Shown piece by piece: positions 20,101 to 29,509 of a DNA stretch of 64,000 nucleotides; the first letter of the stretch is position 1; each line of letters opens with the position of its first letter. Location: positions 1 through 64,000 of IMG/VR virus record IMGVR_UViG_3300042276_000119; one strand, 5' to 3'. The notes beneath the pieces are model-generated. The model was not told the origin of the DNA. It did no database searches and was given only the letters and a program-made list of their open reading frames with translations. The DNA comes from a virus. Lineage: Duplodnaviria; Caudoviricetes. Position numbers and translations under genes: made by a program.

Positions 20101-22259
20101 TCGCAGGCTTAGGGGGGGTGATGTTTGACGAAGTTATAGCCAGATTAAGCGACAACTCATCCAGAGGGAATATTCTCGCAGTTTTACGGGAGATGCTGCC
20201 TACTGAGGGTTTGGATGATGTAACAGCTGATTTTGCCGAGAACTTCTTAACCGCCACTGCACAAAACCTAGAAGCAGCTATACAGGATTTCGGGGGCGTC
20301 TTCGGGGATGACCTGTCGGATGAACTAAAAAGTATAGTATCCACTGCGCTAGCCGACTTGAATGACTCCACTGGACTCTACGCACAATTGATGGGTGAGT
20401 TCATCACTGAAGAAATATATGCAGCGTTTAAGCAGGGAGAAGAAAACGTCTTTCAAACCACCTCCAGGGTGGTAACCTCGTTTGAAGTTCTAGTTCAGGT
20501 GTTTGATAAGCTCGGCCTCGAACTAGAAGAAGTCGGCATGGAAGGATTCGCCTTAACCGAAAAGATGATCGAGCTTGCAGGTGACTTTGAAACTCTGGCT
20601 GGCAATCTGGAATCCTACTACCAGAGCTTCTACAGCGAGGAAGAACGCGCCGCCAACGCGATGTCAGGATTGGTGGAATCCCTGGAGGCTCTGGGTTACG
20701 CGATACCCTTGACCAGAGAGGCGTTCAGAGCGTTGGTCACTGAGCTTGAAGCGGCCGGCAACCTTGAGGGCTTCAACACCCTGATCGAGAACAACCAGTC
20801 CTACGCTGCTTACTACGCGCAGATGGAGCAGTGGACAGCCTCTCTGTTCGAGACATACCGTAACACCATTGGGCGCGACCCCTCTGCAATGGAGCTGTAC
20901 CGGTGGCTGGATAAGCTGAAGACCGGAGAGGCCGTATTCAGCGATGTTGTTAAATCCCTCACCACAGGGCTATCAGAGGCTACTGAACACCTGACCTGGC
21001 AGGATGTTAAAACCTTCCAGAGCGGCGCACAGGACATCTACGACGCCTACCAGTACACCTTGGAAATCGCTCAGGAAGAACATGCCCTGACGCTGGATCG
21101 GATCAAGCAGGAAGAGAACCTGCTGAAATCCTTGCGTACTCTGATCGACAACCTGAAGCTCAGCGACATTTCCCCGCTGACGCCGGCAGAGCGACTGGCT
21201 GAGGCGCAGCGTCAGTATGCGTCTATTCTCACCGCTGTCGAAGGCGGAGACTTCTCAAGAGCCGGAGAGCTGGATTCCGCTGCTCAGGCTTACCTTGGTG
21301 AGGCATCAAGCTACTACGCCTCATCAGGTGCATACGAGAGTATTTTCAACGACGTTCTTGGTTCGCTTGAGAGCTTGGAAAATCAGTACGGCCAAGAGAC
21401 TGACTATGAGGCTCGAATTGAAGCTGCCAACAACGAGCTGCTGAACACCCAGATTCGGGCAGCTGAACTGCTGGATGCTCAGTTCAAACAACTCGCTGCA
21501 AGTGTCGGTCTCGAAGGCGATATCCTCTCAGCGATCCAGCTCCTGCCACAGGACCTGGCAACTGGCATAGGCGAAGTGGTGCAGGCTATCGCTGCTGGGC
21601 AACAGTTGAACCTGGAAGGTATTTCGTCTGAGGTTATAGCAGCCTACCAGACGGTACTTGGAAGGAACCCAGATGAACAAGGCGCCCAATACTGGCAGGG
21701 GCAGCTGGATTCCGGGGTATCCCTCGAAGAGATCGTGAAAGGGATGATCAACTCAGGAGAGTACCGTAGCGGCTCCGGTAAATCCTATGACGGGCTGAGC
21801 CTGACAGGGGTTTCTTCCGACGTAATCAGCGCTTACGTCGACCTGCTCGGCAGGGCGCCAGATGCTCAAGGAGCTTACTACTGGCAGTCTCAGTTGGACT
21901 CTGGCACCTCCGTGCAGGAGATGCTCGCTGCATTCAAAAACTCTGCTGAGTACAAATCCAACGGCTCCCACTTCGGTGGTATCGAATCTGTACCTTACGA
22001 CGGGTATAAAGCCATCCTCCATCGTGGGGAGAAGGTGGTTCCTGCTTCCCGTGCAAGGGCAGACGCTGACTCAGCCCTGGTTGCCGAGGTCCGGACGCTG
22101 CGAGAAGAAGTGTCCCGCCTGAGGTCTGACCAAGAGCGGCACACCCAAAAGATCACTTATGCCTCATACGACGCGGCAGAGCGAAGCTCCGACAAAGTAG
22201 CTGCATCGGTTAAGTCAGCCAAACCAAATACGACCAAGCACAAGGTAACTTTAAGATGA
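14193..22259 (+). CDS. Tail tape measure protein
   Basis: 2,688 aa; coiled coils; TP901-type core (FESQMDRVNA...TIFTAREV...GIKASRAGTAMR); C-terminal VPYDGYKAILHRGEKV. Confidence 0.95.
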   Translation: MAFTLDIALAGQQSVERAIEQIGGKLKKAGQEATSLSFAAEKAVKVIGTDYAKAAATAGAATGTLNAGLEAESKLLQKTWQETQRYNNVLKDQQKLQQLVHKSSKDYSTALEQQIMQMNHAGMRTAYLREAEMKLAEQHRKLQAEASLFNTTMAQTVRGMEAQLKAAKATEESDRKRAQRVKDLTAELKHLSTQEGKDALLLEHKIKLTKEAALAETKRKERIGALRSELRYLASEEGKKAESLALQVKRSKEAAVAEETRKNRVKDLRAEIRYLNSEEGKLQTSLEAQAKRTKEQSQLEEKRANRLKDLRAEIRYLNSEEGKLQTSLEAQAKRTKEQSQLEETRKNRVKDLRAEIRYLNSEEGKLQTSLETQAKRTKEQSQLEERRKNRIKDLRSEIKYLNSEEGKLQTSLEAQAKRTKEQSQLEERRKNRIKDLRSEIKYLNSEEGKRKAVMEQQLRGQRELVVEEEKRRQTLKKLKSELDYLKTADGKRQELMKSELALQRQLIQQGAKQNAELRSSENALKRYNSEKQRSIELARLELSEKKKADKAWAEEQLGIKRTTTAFDSHNASIKRLREEIKFLQSAQGKEFLELERQRRLLKQTRDELVNAGTATDRFRRSITQLTTSLNLSNQATAGFRAGLSGLGASFGMFTSSTILVASAIYGTTAALRESITAGAQFESQMDRVNAILDSTGNSSVILEDHVRNLAKETIFTAREVSDGLMYLGMAGLDAEQAIEALEPSLRLASIGMLDMGTTADIVTNIMVGMGLEASQIGGIVDDMATAITSSNMDVRQLGNAMSYVAPLAREADISLQEITASLEVLHNTGIKASRAGTAMRTSMLALLAPTAEAMEVLQRYGIRVDDTSGRMRNWTDLLTEMADAQMTLSDIEAIVGKRQAAGLKAMVDSAKATEAAAEKAKKLGLEVGKTASELKVLTQQLHENAGAAKVMQGVMEDNLTGDWLKFLSAAEDKYIEFYDLNKEELRFLVQRATDFVKAFDVTQVDTFFRTLLSYLDETIELLAAMKAASVTSAMGSSIGAVVGGIAGGIVTRTSVGVAAGAQIGASAGHFLGGVAGGVTAAYQTDKGLDSLAESIYGPAGGMNREELALANRVARYRDLAVDELLKTYDALEASAEINSRALIEAREARDTALAIGDQDKASELLELIDQLTRKTKELELQLRAAGVAREESGLFGSRAELENELALVDSQIQIEVAQVGIKREAALRNTKGAPEWVQQFELKGAEEDLVALMERRALLQQNLNAYKATEVETEERLQRETGETVNNAEKVYQSYLKQNAEIRGQVSDQEKLNAIRQQYAEKSKEMETARTTSLLDTKTLKKELLKLSEEEVRLTEKIRQANVKITEDSRRANEQAFKRMVSAKQEAEAVRDQYAAIEYRNEAYENGVLLLDDENYERERAIRLQEEEIENAERNLQLRIDEGKITEEGIASLRKEIGYHKDKLGYLKQQKVEISGARRFAEQQAQSLSQMYSTIESETVGLLERGFKDTESFFDSIVGSFKRMLAELAYQAAIKPIIVNMVASVGGMMGMGPAANKWAADQGVTVGGGMGNLVDMGKNAWNFWKGGGQADVSWFNDFATSGMGQSLGLSTAGTTTIATALPGGGQALSSALPGVEGALMSPVAPPAGSFQAISGGSQVVSSTAPVMSEGASLFSQGLSYSPWGAVGGLAGSALGVEGSGNMWIDTAMTTGGSILGSMAGISIATAMASGAGGAAAGASAGSVAGPIGAAIGAVIGLALGGVFGGKPSNKEGRATYDLSTMEVEIGGQTGKKFSQENRDSAEALSELIATNIIPSLEQLGDTDISGQFIVGVGNRDPMRFSYREPGSERTGKNWDYGYGRDNSQGHSYYDAVSGNTRDPETYIDNVTKFFAGTIAGIPLGVYDALKKADEGYIDTIRRVELGAELFKNAGDQFSLITPDVSAWVPETGVENGPDEVIARLSDNSSRGDTLAGLGGVMFDEVIARLSDNSSRGNILAVLREMLPTEGLDDVTADFAENFLTATAQNLEAAIQDFGGVFGDDLSDELKSIVSTALADLNDSTGLYAQLMGEFITEEIYAAFKQGEENVFQTTSRVVTSFEVLVQVFDKLGLELEEVGMEGFALTEKMIELAGDFETLAGNLESYYQSFYSEEERAANAMSGLVESLEALGYAIPLTREAFRALVTELEAAGNLEGFNTLIENNQSYAAYYAQMEQWTASLFETYRNTIGRDPSAMELYRWLDKLKTGEAVFSDVVKSLTTGLSEATEHLTWQDVKTFQSGAQDIYDAYQYTLEIAQEEHALTLDRIKQEENLLKSLRTLIDNLKLSDISPLTPAERLAEAQRQYASILTAVEGGDFSRAGELDSAAQAYLGEASSYYASSGAYESIFNDVLGSLESLENQYGQETDYEARIEAANNELLNTQIRAAELLDAQFKQLAASVGLEGDILSAIQLLPQDLATGIGEVVQAIAAGQQLNLEGISSEVIAAYQTVLGRNPDEQGAQYWQGQLDSGVSLEEIVKGMINSGEYRSGSGKSYDGLSLTGVSSDVISAYVDLLGRAPDAQGAYYWQSQLDSGTSVQEMLAAFKNSAEYKSNGSHFGGIESVPYDGYKAILHRGEKVVPASRARADADSALVAEVRTLREEVSRLRSDQERHTQKITYASYDAAERSSDKVAASVKSAKPNTTKHKVTLR
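14964..15538 (+). repeat. 126-bp (42-aa) tandem repeat, about 4.6 copies, in tape measure
   Basis: Units start at 14964, 15090, 15216, 15342, 15468; near-identical DNA. Confidence 0.95.
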
Positions 22260-23710
22260 TCTACCCAGAACTGACCGACTGGATAATGTCAGATGACGCG
22301 CTACCAACCCTGCTGGTGGAGGTGACTGTTACTGCCCAGCAGGGGTTAGATAAAACTCTGTACCTCTCCACCAGCGGGTATGTAACTCGGCCAACTGATT
22401 CGCCAGCATCTGAAGTATATATACCCTGCATCAACAGAATCGGTAGTGTTAAGGAGACTCTTTCCCTTACCGGAACTCCGGCCTTAACCGCTGGAGATAT
22501 AGAACTTAACAATAGTGAGCTGGATTTGGACCCGTGGCTGGACTACGTATGGAGCAACCGTGACATCAACGTCTATCTTGGGGATGTGTCATGGCCACGG
22601 GCACAATTCAAACTCGTGTTCTCGGGAGTAGTGGACGACCTCAGCGTAAGGGACCGGTACACACTCAATATAGAGCTGAGAAGCTCACTTGACAGACTGA
22701 ACTACCCGCTCAGTTCTGAATCCCTTGAGGACGGCACCCCTATACCTCTAGCGTTTGGGGAAGTCAGCAACGTCACACCCGTACTAAAAGACGCATCTAC
22801 CTTGCTGTACAAAGTGCATACCAGAGCAATCGGCGGCATAGCCGAGGTCAGGGACTCAGGAGTTCCGGTAGGCTTCACTGTGTCGGAAACAGACAGCTCC
22901 GAGTTCACGCTGAATAACCAGCCGTTTGGCACAATCACCTGCACTGTGCACGGCGACGCTGACCCTGTTTATGTCGACGACGCCGCCTCGCTGATACAGC
23001 GTATTGCCACTCAATTCGGCAACCCTTCAACGAGGCTACAGGAGAGTGACATTGACGCCTCTGCAATGAGCGGGTTCAGTGCTACGCACCCACAATGCGT
23101 TGGCCTGTATGCTTCAGGCACTGACAACACGCTTTCAGTCATGCAGGAACTCGCTGCAAGTCTAGGTGCAGGGGTGTTGGTCGATAAGTTCGGTAAACTG
23201 TCTATCTCCAGCTTGAACGACCCAACTGGCAACCCTGTTATGACGGTGACTGACTTCGACATTGAAGAAGGGTCTTTCTACCGAAGCGATAGGCTAAAGC
23301 CGATGCCAGCCAGGAAACTGGCGTTCAACCAAAATCATACTCCGCAAACCGATACCGCAGCAGGTATCCCTGAAGCCCACAGAAAAGAATGGGCAGAGGA
23401 ATGGAAGTATGTAACCGCCAAGAACGACACCGCTGCCGAGTTATTCAGAATATCCGATCCACCGGAGGCGGAGGCTACCAACCTGCAGGTTCACACCGAT
23501 GCCCAAGCAGAAGTCACTCGCCGGCTTTCCATGTTCGACAGACAGAGGTATATCGCTGAATTTGAGGGGCTTAGAAAACTCCTATTGGTCGAGGTAGGTG
23601 ACGAAATCCTGCTGGAGTTTAGTGAACTTGAAACGCCGATACCTTGTGTGGTCGTGTCCACGGAACCTGACTGGGTAGAGATGACAACTAAAATGGAGGT
23701 ACTGCTGTGA
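22256..23710 (+). CDS. Tail tip/hub protein
   Basis: ATGA-coupled to the tape measure; PIPLAFGEVSNVTP motif typical of siphophage tail-tip proteins. Confidence 0.7.
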   Translation: MIYPELTDWIMSDDALPTLLVEVTVTAQQGLDKTLYLSTSGYVTRPTDSPASEVYIPCINRIGSVKETLSLTGTPALTAGDIELNNSELDLDPWLDYVWSNRDINVYLGDVSWPRAQFKLVFSGVVDDLSVRDRYTLNIELRSSLDRLNYPLSSESLEDGTPIPLAFGEVSNVTPVLKDASTLLYKVHTRAIGGIAEVRDSGVPVGFTVSETDSSEFTLNNQPFGTITCTVHGDADPVYVDDAASLIQRIATQFGNPSTRLQESDIDASAMSGFSATHPQCVGLYASGTDNTLSVMQELAASLGAGVLVDKFGKLSISSLNDPTGNPVMTVTDFDIEEGSFYRSDRLKPMPARKLAFNQNHTPQTDTAAGIPEAHRKEWAEEWKYVTAKNDTAAELFRISDPPEAEATNLQVHTDAQAEVTRRLSMFDRQRYIAEFEGLRKLLLVEVGDEILLEFSELETPIPCVVVSTEPDWVEMTTKMEVLL

Positions 23711-26700
23711 CACTGCCAGTTAAGAATACACGCGGCTCAACGGTTATTGGGTCACAGGTTCGCCTGCTTCCGGTTGGACTTCCAGATAATGTGGTGCTGC
23801 CTGGGCTGAAACGCCTCGAATTGCACTCTGACCATCAGTTCTTCAGGTTCGATCAGTATGGTCAGTTCATACCGTTTGGGTTCGACGAGGTGACAGGAGA
23901 CCCGCTGCCAGGGGTTATCAACGTAACTGCTGAACTTATAGCGATCACGGGTGACGCGGTGTTCACCTGTAGCGACCCAAACATCACACTGGCCCCGATT
24001 TTGGACGAGAGTGTGGAGGTGGAGCCAAAACCGCAAATCGGGGTACAGGTTCAACTCTCTGACGTAGAAGCCGGGCCGTTGGTGATCACCTGCACGGTAG
24101 AGGACACCTCTACGTTCAAGTCAGCCCCTGACGCAGAGAACGAAGTGTTCACTGCATCGGTTGAGGTAAGCGCCCTGCGAGATGGCAGGGCGCCGTTCTC
24201 TGTGCGAATCAATGAAGGGCAGGGCACCACAGTGTACCCGTCATCCGGCGTAGGCAGCGCACTCGCTCCATTGGAGTTCTCTGCTGAAGTCACTGGCCTT
24301 AGCCCTAGTGTAACCGTCTACTACGCCTGGTACGTAGACGGGGCCCTAATGCAACATACCGAGTCAGAAACCCTGCAAGTGCCCACCCCTGAGAACTCCC
24401 AAGACTTCCCCTCGTCAGTGTCTGTGGAAATCCGGCAAGGGGCTCTTGATGGAGAGGTTCTGGGCTCGGACACAGCGTATCTGTCCAAAGTGGTCGCTGC
24501 TTCGTCCGGGATCACTGTAGCAATGAGCAATGAGTCTCATACAGTGCCCTTCAGTGGTGGGGTTGCGGACTACACTGGCTCTGGCACTACCATTGAAGTG
24601 TGGGAAGGCTCTGTAAAGCTATCAACTGGCTCAGGGGCCGGCACCTTCAACGTAGTCGCCACAGGCTCTGGACTCACCGTAGGGGCCAAAACAACAACCG
24701 CTGATGCTATCACCTACGGTGACCACTCTGCGCTCTCAGGGGCGCGTGGGGAGGCATTGTACGACATCACGGTTACTCGTCTCGATGGCAGTCAACTGTT
24801 TCTCTCTCGGAAACAGTCCATCACTGCTGCTACCCAGGGCGAGACCCCTAAAACTGCTTCACTGTCAGGTACCAGGACGGCAGGCGTCTACCAGCCAGAC
24901 GGCACTCAGCCGGACCCCAGGTATATCACCTTCACGGCGGCGGCTACCGGGGTCTCTGGCACGGTGTATTACCGTTGGCTGGTAAATGGGTCACAGGTAG
25001 CTCACTCCACATCCAGCTCTCGCTCTGTGTCTCTGCCTTCCACCAAAACATCAGACAGCTTCACTGTAAAAGTGGAGGTCAGAGAAGGCAGCTCCTCAAA
25101 TCCAGTAGTAGCTACTGACACTATAACAGTGCCACTGTTAAAGGACGGGGTTGATGGAGTAGGGTCTGATGGAACTGATGGTACAGACGGGTCTGACGGT
25201 ATCTCTGTAGCGCTGAGCAACGAGGCACATGTCCTGCCAACAACTGCAGCAGGTGTTGTTGACTACGTTGGCTCCGGCACCGACATCAGGGTATGGGAGG
25301 GATCTACCCCTCTAGTTTATGCAACCTCCGGTGCAGGTACTTTCTCTGTCACAGTCTCTGACACCAACGTGAATGTCGGCAGTGCGTCCACGGTGTCAAG
25401 CGTCATTCGGCGGTATGCAAACTGCTACAACATGACGGCGGATCGGGCGGTAGTCACATTCACTATCGCTGTCAGACCCTCTACTGGCGGCACTTTATCC
25501 TTCACCAGGTATCAGTCGCTTGCGAAGTCTACAGCGGGTAAGAGTGCCACAGTGACCAATAACGGGAACGGGACCTACACCCTCACTGACGGTAGTGGTA
25601 ACAGTGTGCTCATCAGCGATGGTGATCCAGGTACTCCGGCGCCTATACCAACGGTCACTGACAACGGCGATGGCACCTACACTATTTCAAACGGCGCTGG
25701 GCAGACAGTTGTCCTAAGGGAACCAGTGAAGGGGGTGGACTACTTCGACGGCAACGATGGGTCGTTTAAGAGCTTCATCTTCAGAAAGTCAGCAACCAAA
25801 CCAGCAACGCCCACTGGAGGGTCTTTCAACGGTTCAACGGAGTCCATACCTACCGGTTGGTACGACACCGCTGCGGGCACTGGCTATACGGAGAGCGACA
25901 CCGTATGGGTGTCTGAGCGCAGGTACACTCACAACGGTACCTCCTGGACTTATTCAGCCTGGTCTTCCCCGGCTGAGTTCTACAAGAAAGGCGCAACCGG
26001 CGATAAGGGAGACACCGGCGATAAGGGAGACGCCGGGGACAAAGGAGACACAGGACCTAGAACGGCGTCGTTCTTGATCTACTACCAGTCATCTGCGGCA
26101 TCAGCACCTGCCGCGCCTTCTGTCAGCAGTGCGTCTTACAATTTCGCTACCGGTGTCCTGAGCGGAGTTTCCACTTCTTGGAAGACAACGCCTCCGGTGT
26201 TCCAAGCTGGTAACAGCAACAAATACTGGTACACCAATATCACTGTCACTGAGGCTACATACCAAGGCTCACAAGGGTTCCAAATCGGCACCGTTAAACA
26301 GGGCATAGGCTTCTCTGGTCTGGTCACCTTCTCAGGGGAAACCCTGACGAACGGTACATCTTCGTTTACCTACACCCAGATCGACGGTGGGTGGATCAAG
26401 ACCGGGACGTTGGATGCTTCCCAAGTCAACGTGGTGAATTTGAACGCTGACAACCTGACCGCTGGCACCTTAACTGGCAGGACGATAAGAACCTCTGCAA
26501 CCGGCATGAGGTATCAGATAGATAGCTCAGACCACACGGCAAAATTCTACGACGCGTCCAACAGGGTGGTTTTCCATTCCGGGGCAGGGTATGAGCCCGC
26601 TGGAGCCAACTGGTTGAACAATGTCTCATTGGCCAGGGGGGACTATGTTGGTGGCGCAGGGGTTATAGGTATTGGCGGCAAATACGGACAACTGCCCCTT

Positions 26701-27219
26701 CCTGGGCTTATGGGAAAGTATGGTGGGTTTCCAACCACGATAACCCAAATTAGCAACGGAAGTGAGGTAGGTGTAACAGGTTTGGCCGAGGGCAGTGTTC
26801 AGGTAGGTGTAATGGGTCAGGCACGTTCCGGTGGCACGGGGATGTTCGCCTACGCATACGACTCTGGCTCTACACCTTTAAGGGTTGATGGCCCTGAAGG
26901 CGGAGCTTACGTAGACGGTGGCGACAACGGCACCTTGATCATCAGGGGTTGGTCAACCCAAAATAGGCGAATGACTCTGGTCACCAACATTGATACCCCT
27001 ACCGACTATCCCGTAGGCGGAGTTGTGTTGGCCATGCACCAGAATTTTGGCACAGCATATTCCTATGGAGATGCTATAGCTGGCAGCTACCTTAACCCTG
27101 CTAATGTAGGGGGCGCTCCAGGCGCACCACTGTCTGGAACTTACAGGTGCCTTGGTCACGCCTTAGCTGACGAGGTACCTTTTGAAGGTAGAATTACTTT
27201 GTGGGTGAGAGTTTTATGA
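23707..27219 (+). CDS. Long tail fibre / host-specificity protein
   Basis: 1,170 aa, Ser/Thr/Gly-rich, duplicated SNExH..P...GV.DY.GSGT.I.VWEG modules, collagen-like GDKGDT repeat (~25,990-26,055), C-terminal LSGTYRCLG..LWVRV fibre-tip motif. Confidence 0.8.
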   Translation: MTLPVKNTRGSTVIGSQVRLLPVGLPDNVVLPGLKRLELHSDHQFFRFDQYGQFIPFGFDEVTGDPLPGVINVTAELIAITGDAVFTCSDPNITLAPILDESVEVEPKPQIGVQVQLSDVEAGPLVITCTVEDTSTFKSAPDAENEVFTASVEVSALRDGRAPFSVRINEGQGTTVYPSSGVGSALAPLEFSAEVTGLSPSVTVYYAWYVDGALMQHTESETLQVPTPENSQDFPSSVSVEIRQGALDGEVLGSDTAYLSKVVAASSGITVAMSNESHTVPFSGGVADYTGSGTTIEVWEGSVKLSTGSGAGTFNVVATGSGLTVGAKTTTADAITYGDHSALSGARGEALYDITVTRLDGSQLFLSRKQSITAATQGETPKTASLSGTRTAGVYQPDGTQPDPRYITFTAAATGVSGTVYYRWLVNGSQVAHSTSSSRSVSLPSTKTSDSFTVKVEVREGSSSNPVVATDTITVPLLKDGVDGVGSDGTDGTDGSDGISVALSNEAHVLPTTAAGVVDYVGSGTDIRVWEGSTPLVYATSGAGTFSVTVSDTNVNVGSASTVSSVIRRYANCYNMTADRAVVTFTIAVRPSTGGTLSFTRYQSLAKSTAGKSATVTNNGNGTYTLTDGSGNSVLISDGDPGTPAPIPTVTDNGDGTYTISNGAGQTVVLREPVKGVDYFDGNDGSFKSFIFRKSATKPATPTGGSFNGSTESIPTGWYDTAAGTGYTESDTVWVSERRYTHNGTSWTYSAWSSPAEFYKKGATGDKGDTGDKGDAGDKGDTGPRTASFLIYYQSSAASAPAAPSVSSASYNFATGVLSGVSTSWKTTPPVFQAGNSNKYWYTNITVTEATYQGSQGFQIGTVKQGIGFSGLVTFSGETLTNGTSSFTYTQIDGGWIKTGTLDASQVNVVNLNADNLTAGTLTGRTIRTSATGMRYQIDSSDHTAKFYDASNRVVFHSGAGYEPAGANWLNNVSLARGDYVGGAGVIGIGGKYGQLPLPGLMGKYGGFPTTITQISNGSEVGVTGLAEGSVQVGVMGQARSGGTGMFAYAYDSGSTPLRVDGPEGGAYVDGGDNGTLIIRGWSTQNRRMTLVTNIDTPTDYPVGGVVLAMHQNFGTAYSYGDAIAGSYLNPANVGGAPGAPLSGTYRCLGHALADEVPFEGRITLWVRVL

Positions 27220-27722
27220 AAGGTTACAGAAATCCAGAAAGTTGGAATTTGTCGGAGTTCATCAACTGCGAACTATGGACTGGGGACGTGGACAGCTACG
27301 GAGACCCAACTGGTGCAGGGGAATGGGTGCCTTTTACACTGACACCTGACCACAACGACTTCCATTCAGTGGCTTCTATGGAGGTTAAGACGATAGCGCC
27401 ACCACGGGACTTGGCAGGAGAGCTTTCAGCCGCCCTGCGCCGGGGGGCTCCGTGGTCAGGGCTAAGGCTGGAGGCGTTTGACCCAGATTCCAGGCAACGA
27501 CTGATGGCGGCTGCCCAGCGGTGGACTGCTGTTGGCACCCTCCCTATGGCGGCTTCGGAGTTTAGTTATCCAACCGCGAATGGCGCAACGGCACTGATTC
27601 AGGGGAAGGACATTATGGAGGCCAGTCTTGCGGTGCAGGACTACGCTGAGAGCTGTTATGCCAGGTACAAAGAGTTGGCTGAGGACCCTACAGGTGACGT
27701 GCGCTACGGGTGGCCAGAATGA
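27216..27722 (+). CDS. Tail fibre assembly chaperone-like protein
   Basis: ATGA-coupled to the fibre; INCE...WVPFT N-terminus, DUF4376-like C-terminus ending GWPE. Confidence 0.65.
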   Translation: MKGYRNPESWNLSEFINCELWTGDVDSYGDPTGAGEWVPFTLTPDHNDFHSVASMEVKTIAPPRDLAGELSAALRRGAPWSGLRLEAFDPDSRQRLMAAAQRWTAVGTLPMAASEFSYPTANGATALIQGKDIMEASLAVQDYAESCYARYKELAEDPTGDVRYGWPE

Positions 27723-27784
27723 CCTTTGTGGGTGACTTTGCTCATGTGTTAATGTACATTTGCACATTATGAGAGGACTGTGCA

Positions 27785-28615
27785 ATGCGCCTTGTATATG
27801 ACAATTTGGCCGATTCAGCGACCCTAAGCGCAAGCAGCGTTTCTGGGTCGCTGGTGGTGGACAATATGAAGAACAACTACCGGGCGAAAGTCTGGAGGTC
27901 TACTGGCACGTCCGCCGTACTCACCGCTGTGTTCTCGGCTCCACAATTTGTCAGCATGGTTTCAATGCCATTTTGTAATCTGACATCCACAAGCTACATG
28001 CGAGTGAAGCTCTTTTCAGACGCTGCTGGAACTACTGCCGTGTACGACTCAGGCAACGTGCTTGCCGTCCCTCCCGCCTCATTCGGAAATTTTGGCTGGG
28101 GCTCTGAGCCTCTTGGGGTAAACCACTACACGTATTCTGGTGTAGGTGTGTACGCCACGCATTGGGTTACGGCAGGGCATGTCACATGCCGACGAGTTGA
28201 GATTTCGATCACCGACAGTCAGAACTCTTCAGGTTACATTGAAGCGTCAAGGCTGGTGATCGGAAGCCACTGGTCACCAGAAGTCACTGCTGATGTTGGG
28301 GTACAGCTGGGGTTTGATGACCGCAGCTCGCATTCAAAAACACAGTCTGGGGACACTCGCACCACCCTGAGACCTCGGAAGAAAACGCTGAATTTCAACC
28401 TTGGGTCGCTTACCGATCAGGAGGGGGCAAAGGTGTTCGGCATCCTGAACGGCATACCGCTAGGAAAACTCCTGTTTGTCAGCCTATTTCCAGAGAATCA
28501 GGACTCTGGAAAAGAGCAGGCTTACCAGATGTTCGGGCGCAGAAGTAAAGTCTCTGCAGTGGTGTTAGCGCAGTTCAATGCAGCGTCTCATGCTTTTGCC
28601 TTGGAGGAGATATGA
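27785..28615 (+). CDS. Virion/tail structural protein (distal-tail-like)
   Basis: 276 aa, beta-rich, GYIEASRLVIG..WSP motif; GAGGA RBS preceded by a TGTACA motif. Confidence 0.6.
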   Translation: MRLVYDNLADSATLSASSVSGSLVVDNMKNNYRAKVWRSTGTSAVLTAVFSAPQFVSMVSMPFCNLTSTSYMRVKLFSDAAGTTAVYDSGNVLAVPPASFGNFGWGSEPLGVNHYTYSGVGVYATHWVTAGHVTCRRVEISITDSQNSSGYIEASRLVIGSHWSPEVTADVGVQLGFDDRSSHSKTQSGDTRTTLRPRKKTLNFNLGSLTDQEGAKVFGILNGIPLGKLLFVSLFPENQDSGKEQAYQMFGRRSKVSAVVLAQFNAASHAFALEEI

Positions 28616-28827
28616 TCCAGAAACTATTTGCCCCGGAAGACAAGGACTACATAGACAAACTGAACCAGTTGTACACGGCATTTCTCGCTACAGGTTCTGA
28701 GGACATTGCACCAAAAGTCAGTGCCGACCCGAATAATCGTGCAGTTCTTGGCTCTGACAACGGGGTGTATGTATCAGATGACCTAAACCCTGACCCTCTC
28801 GCTTATTACATACTGGCCAGGAGTTAA
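28612..28827 (+). CDS. Small virion-associated hypothetical protein
   Basis: ATGA-coupled; VSADPNNRAVLGSDNGVYV. Confidence 0.6.
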   Translation: MIQKLFAPEDKDYIDKLNQLYTAFLATGSEDIAPKVSADPNNRAVLGSDNGVYVSDDLNPDPLAYYILARS

Positions 28828-28829
28828 GT

Positions 28830-29330
28830 ATGTCCTTAGAAACAAAATTGGTATCGCTGGCTCAGGCAGTTGGTGCTGACGTAAAGCTGCTGACGGACAG
28901 GCAAGGTTCTCTCACTGCCCTGTCAACTACCGACAAGACCAGCCTTGTGGGCGCCATCAATGAAATTTTCTCTGCGTTAGGCAGCTCAGGGGCTCAGATA
29001 GACGACAACGCTGGAGACGGGGCCGTTCTCGTAACTTGGTCAGCCAACCGCATCTATGACGCAATCGAAGCCGCCAAAGCCGCAGTTAAGAATGAGCTTA
29101 CCAACGGCGCCTCTGCAGCGTTGGACACACTTGCGGAGTTCGAGGCAGCGATAGGCAACGACCCTAATTTCGCTGCTACGATTTCCACTCAGATTGCAAA
29201 CCGGGTTCGTTTTGACTCAGCACAAACCCTAACCGCAGCGCAACAACTGCAGGCGTGTACAAATATTGGGGTTGGCAACCCTGACGTTGACCTCGCCAAC
29301 GCCTACACCTCTGCGAGGGATTCGGTTTGA
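28830..29330 (+). CDS. Virion fibre-associated protein
   Basis: LAQAVGADVK N-terminus; ALDTLAEFEAAIGNDPNFAATI tail-fibre motif. Confidence 0.7.
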   Translation: MSLETKLVSLAQAVGADVKLLTDRQGSLTALSTTDKTSLVGAINEIFSALGSSGAQIDDNAGDGAVLVTWSANRIYDAIEAAKAAVKNELTNGASAALDTLAEFEAAIGNDPNFAATISTQIANRVRFDSAQTLTAAQQLQACTNIGVGNPDVDLANAYTSARDSV

Positions 29331-29509
29331 GCACTAAACTAGAGCAGAGGCTTCTGGAATTGGCGCAGGTAATCGGCGCTGATGTTAAGGGACTAAAGGC
29401 GTCCCTCGCAGCAGGCACAGGATCAACCTCATCCAGAGTAGACGGCGGAAGAGCCGACACGGTGTACACGAGCGGCCAGGTGTTTGACGGCGGAGGTGCA
29501 AATGGCTGA
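29327..29509 (+). CDS. Small paralogue of the preceding N-terminus
   Basis: LAQVIGADVK; TTGA overlap; ends DGGGANG. Confidence 0.55.
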   Translation: MSTKLEQRLLELAQVIGADVKGLKASLAAGTGSTSSRVDGGRADTVYTSGQVFDGGGANG

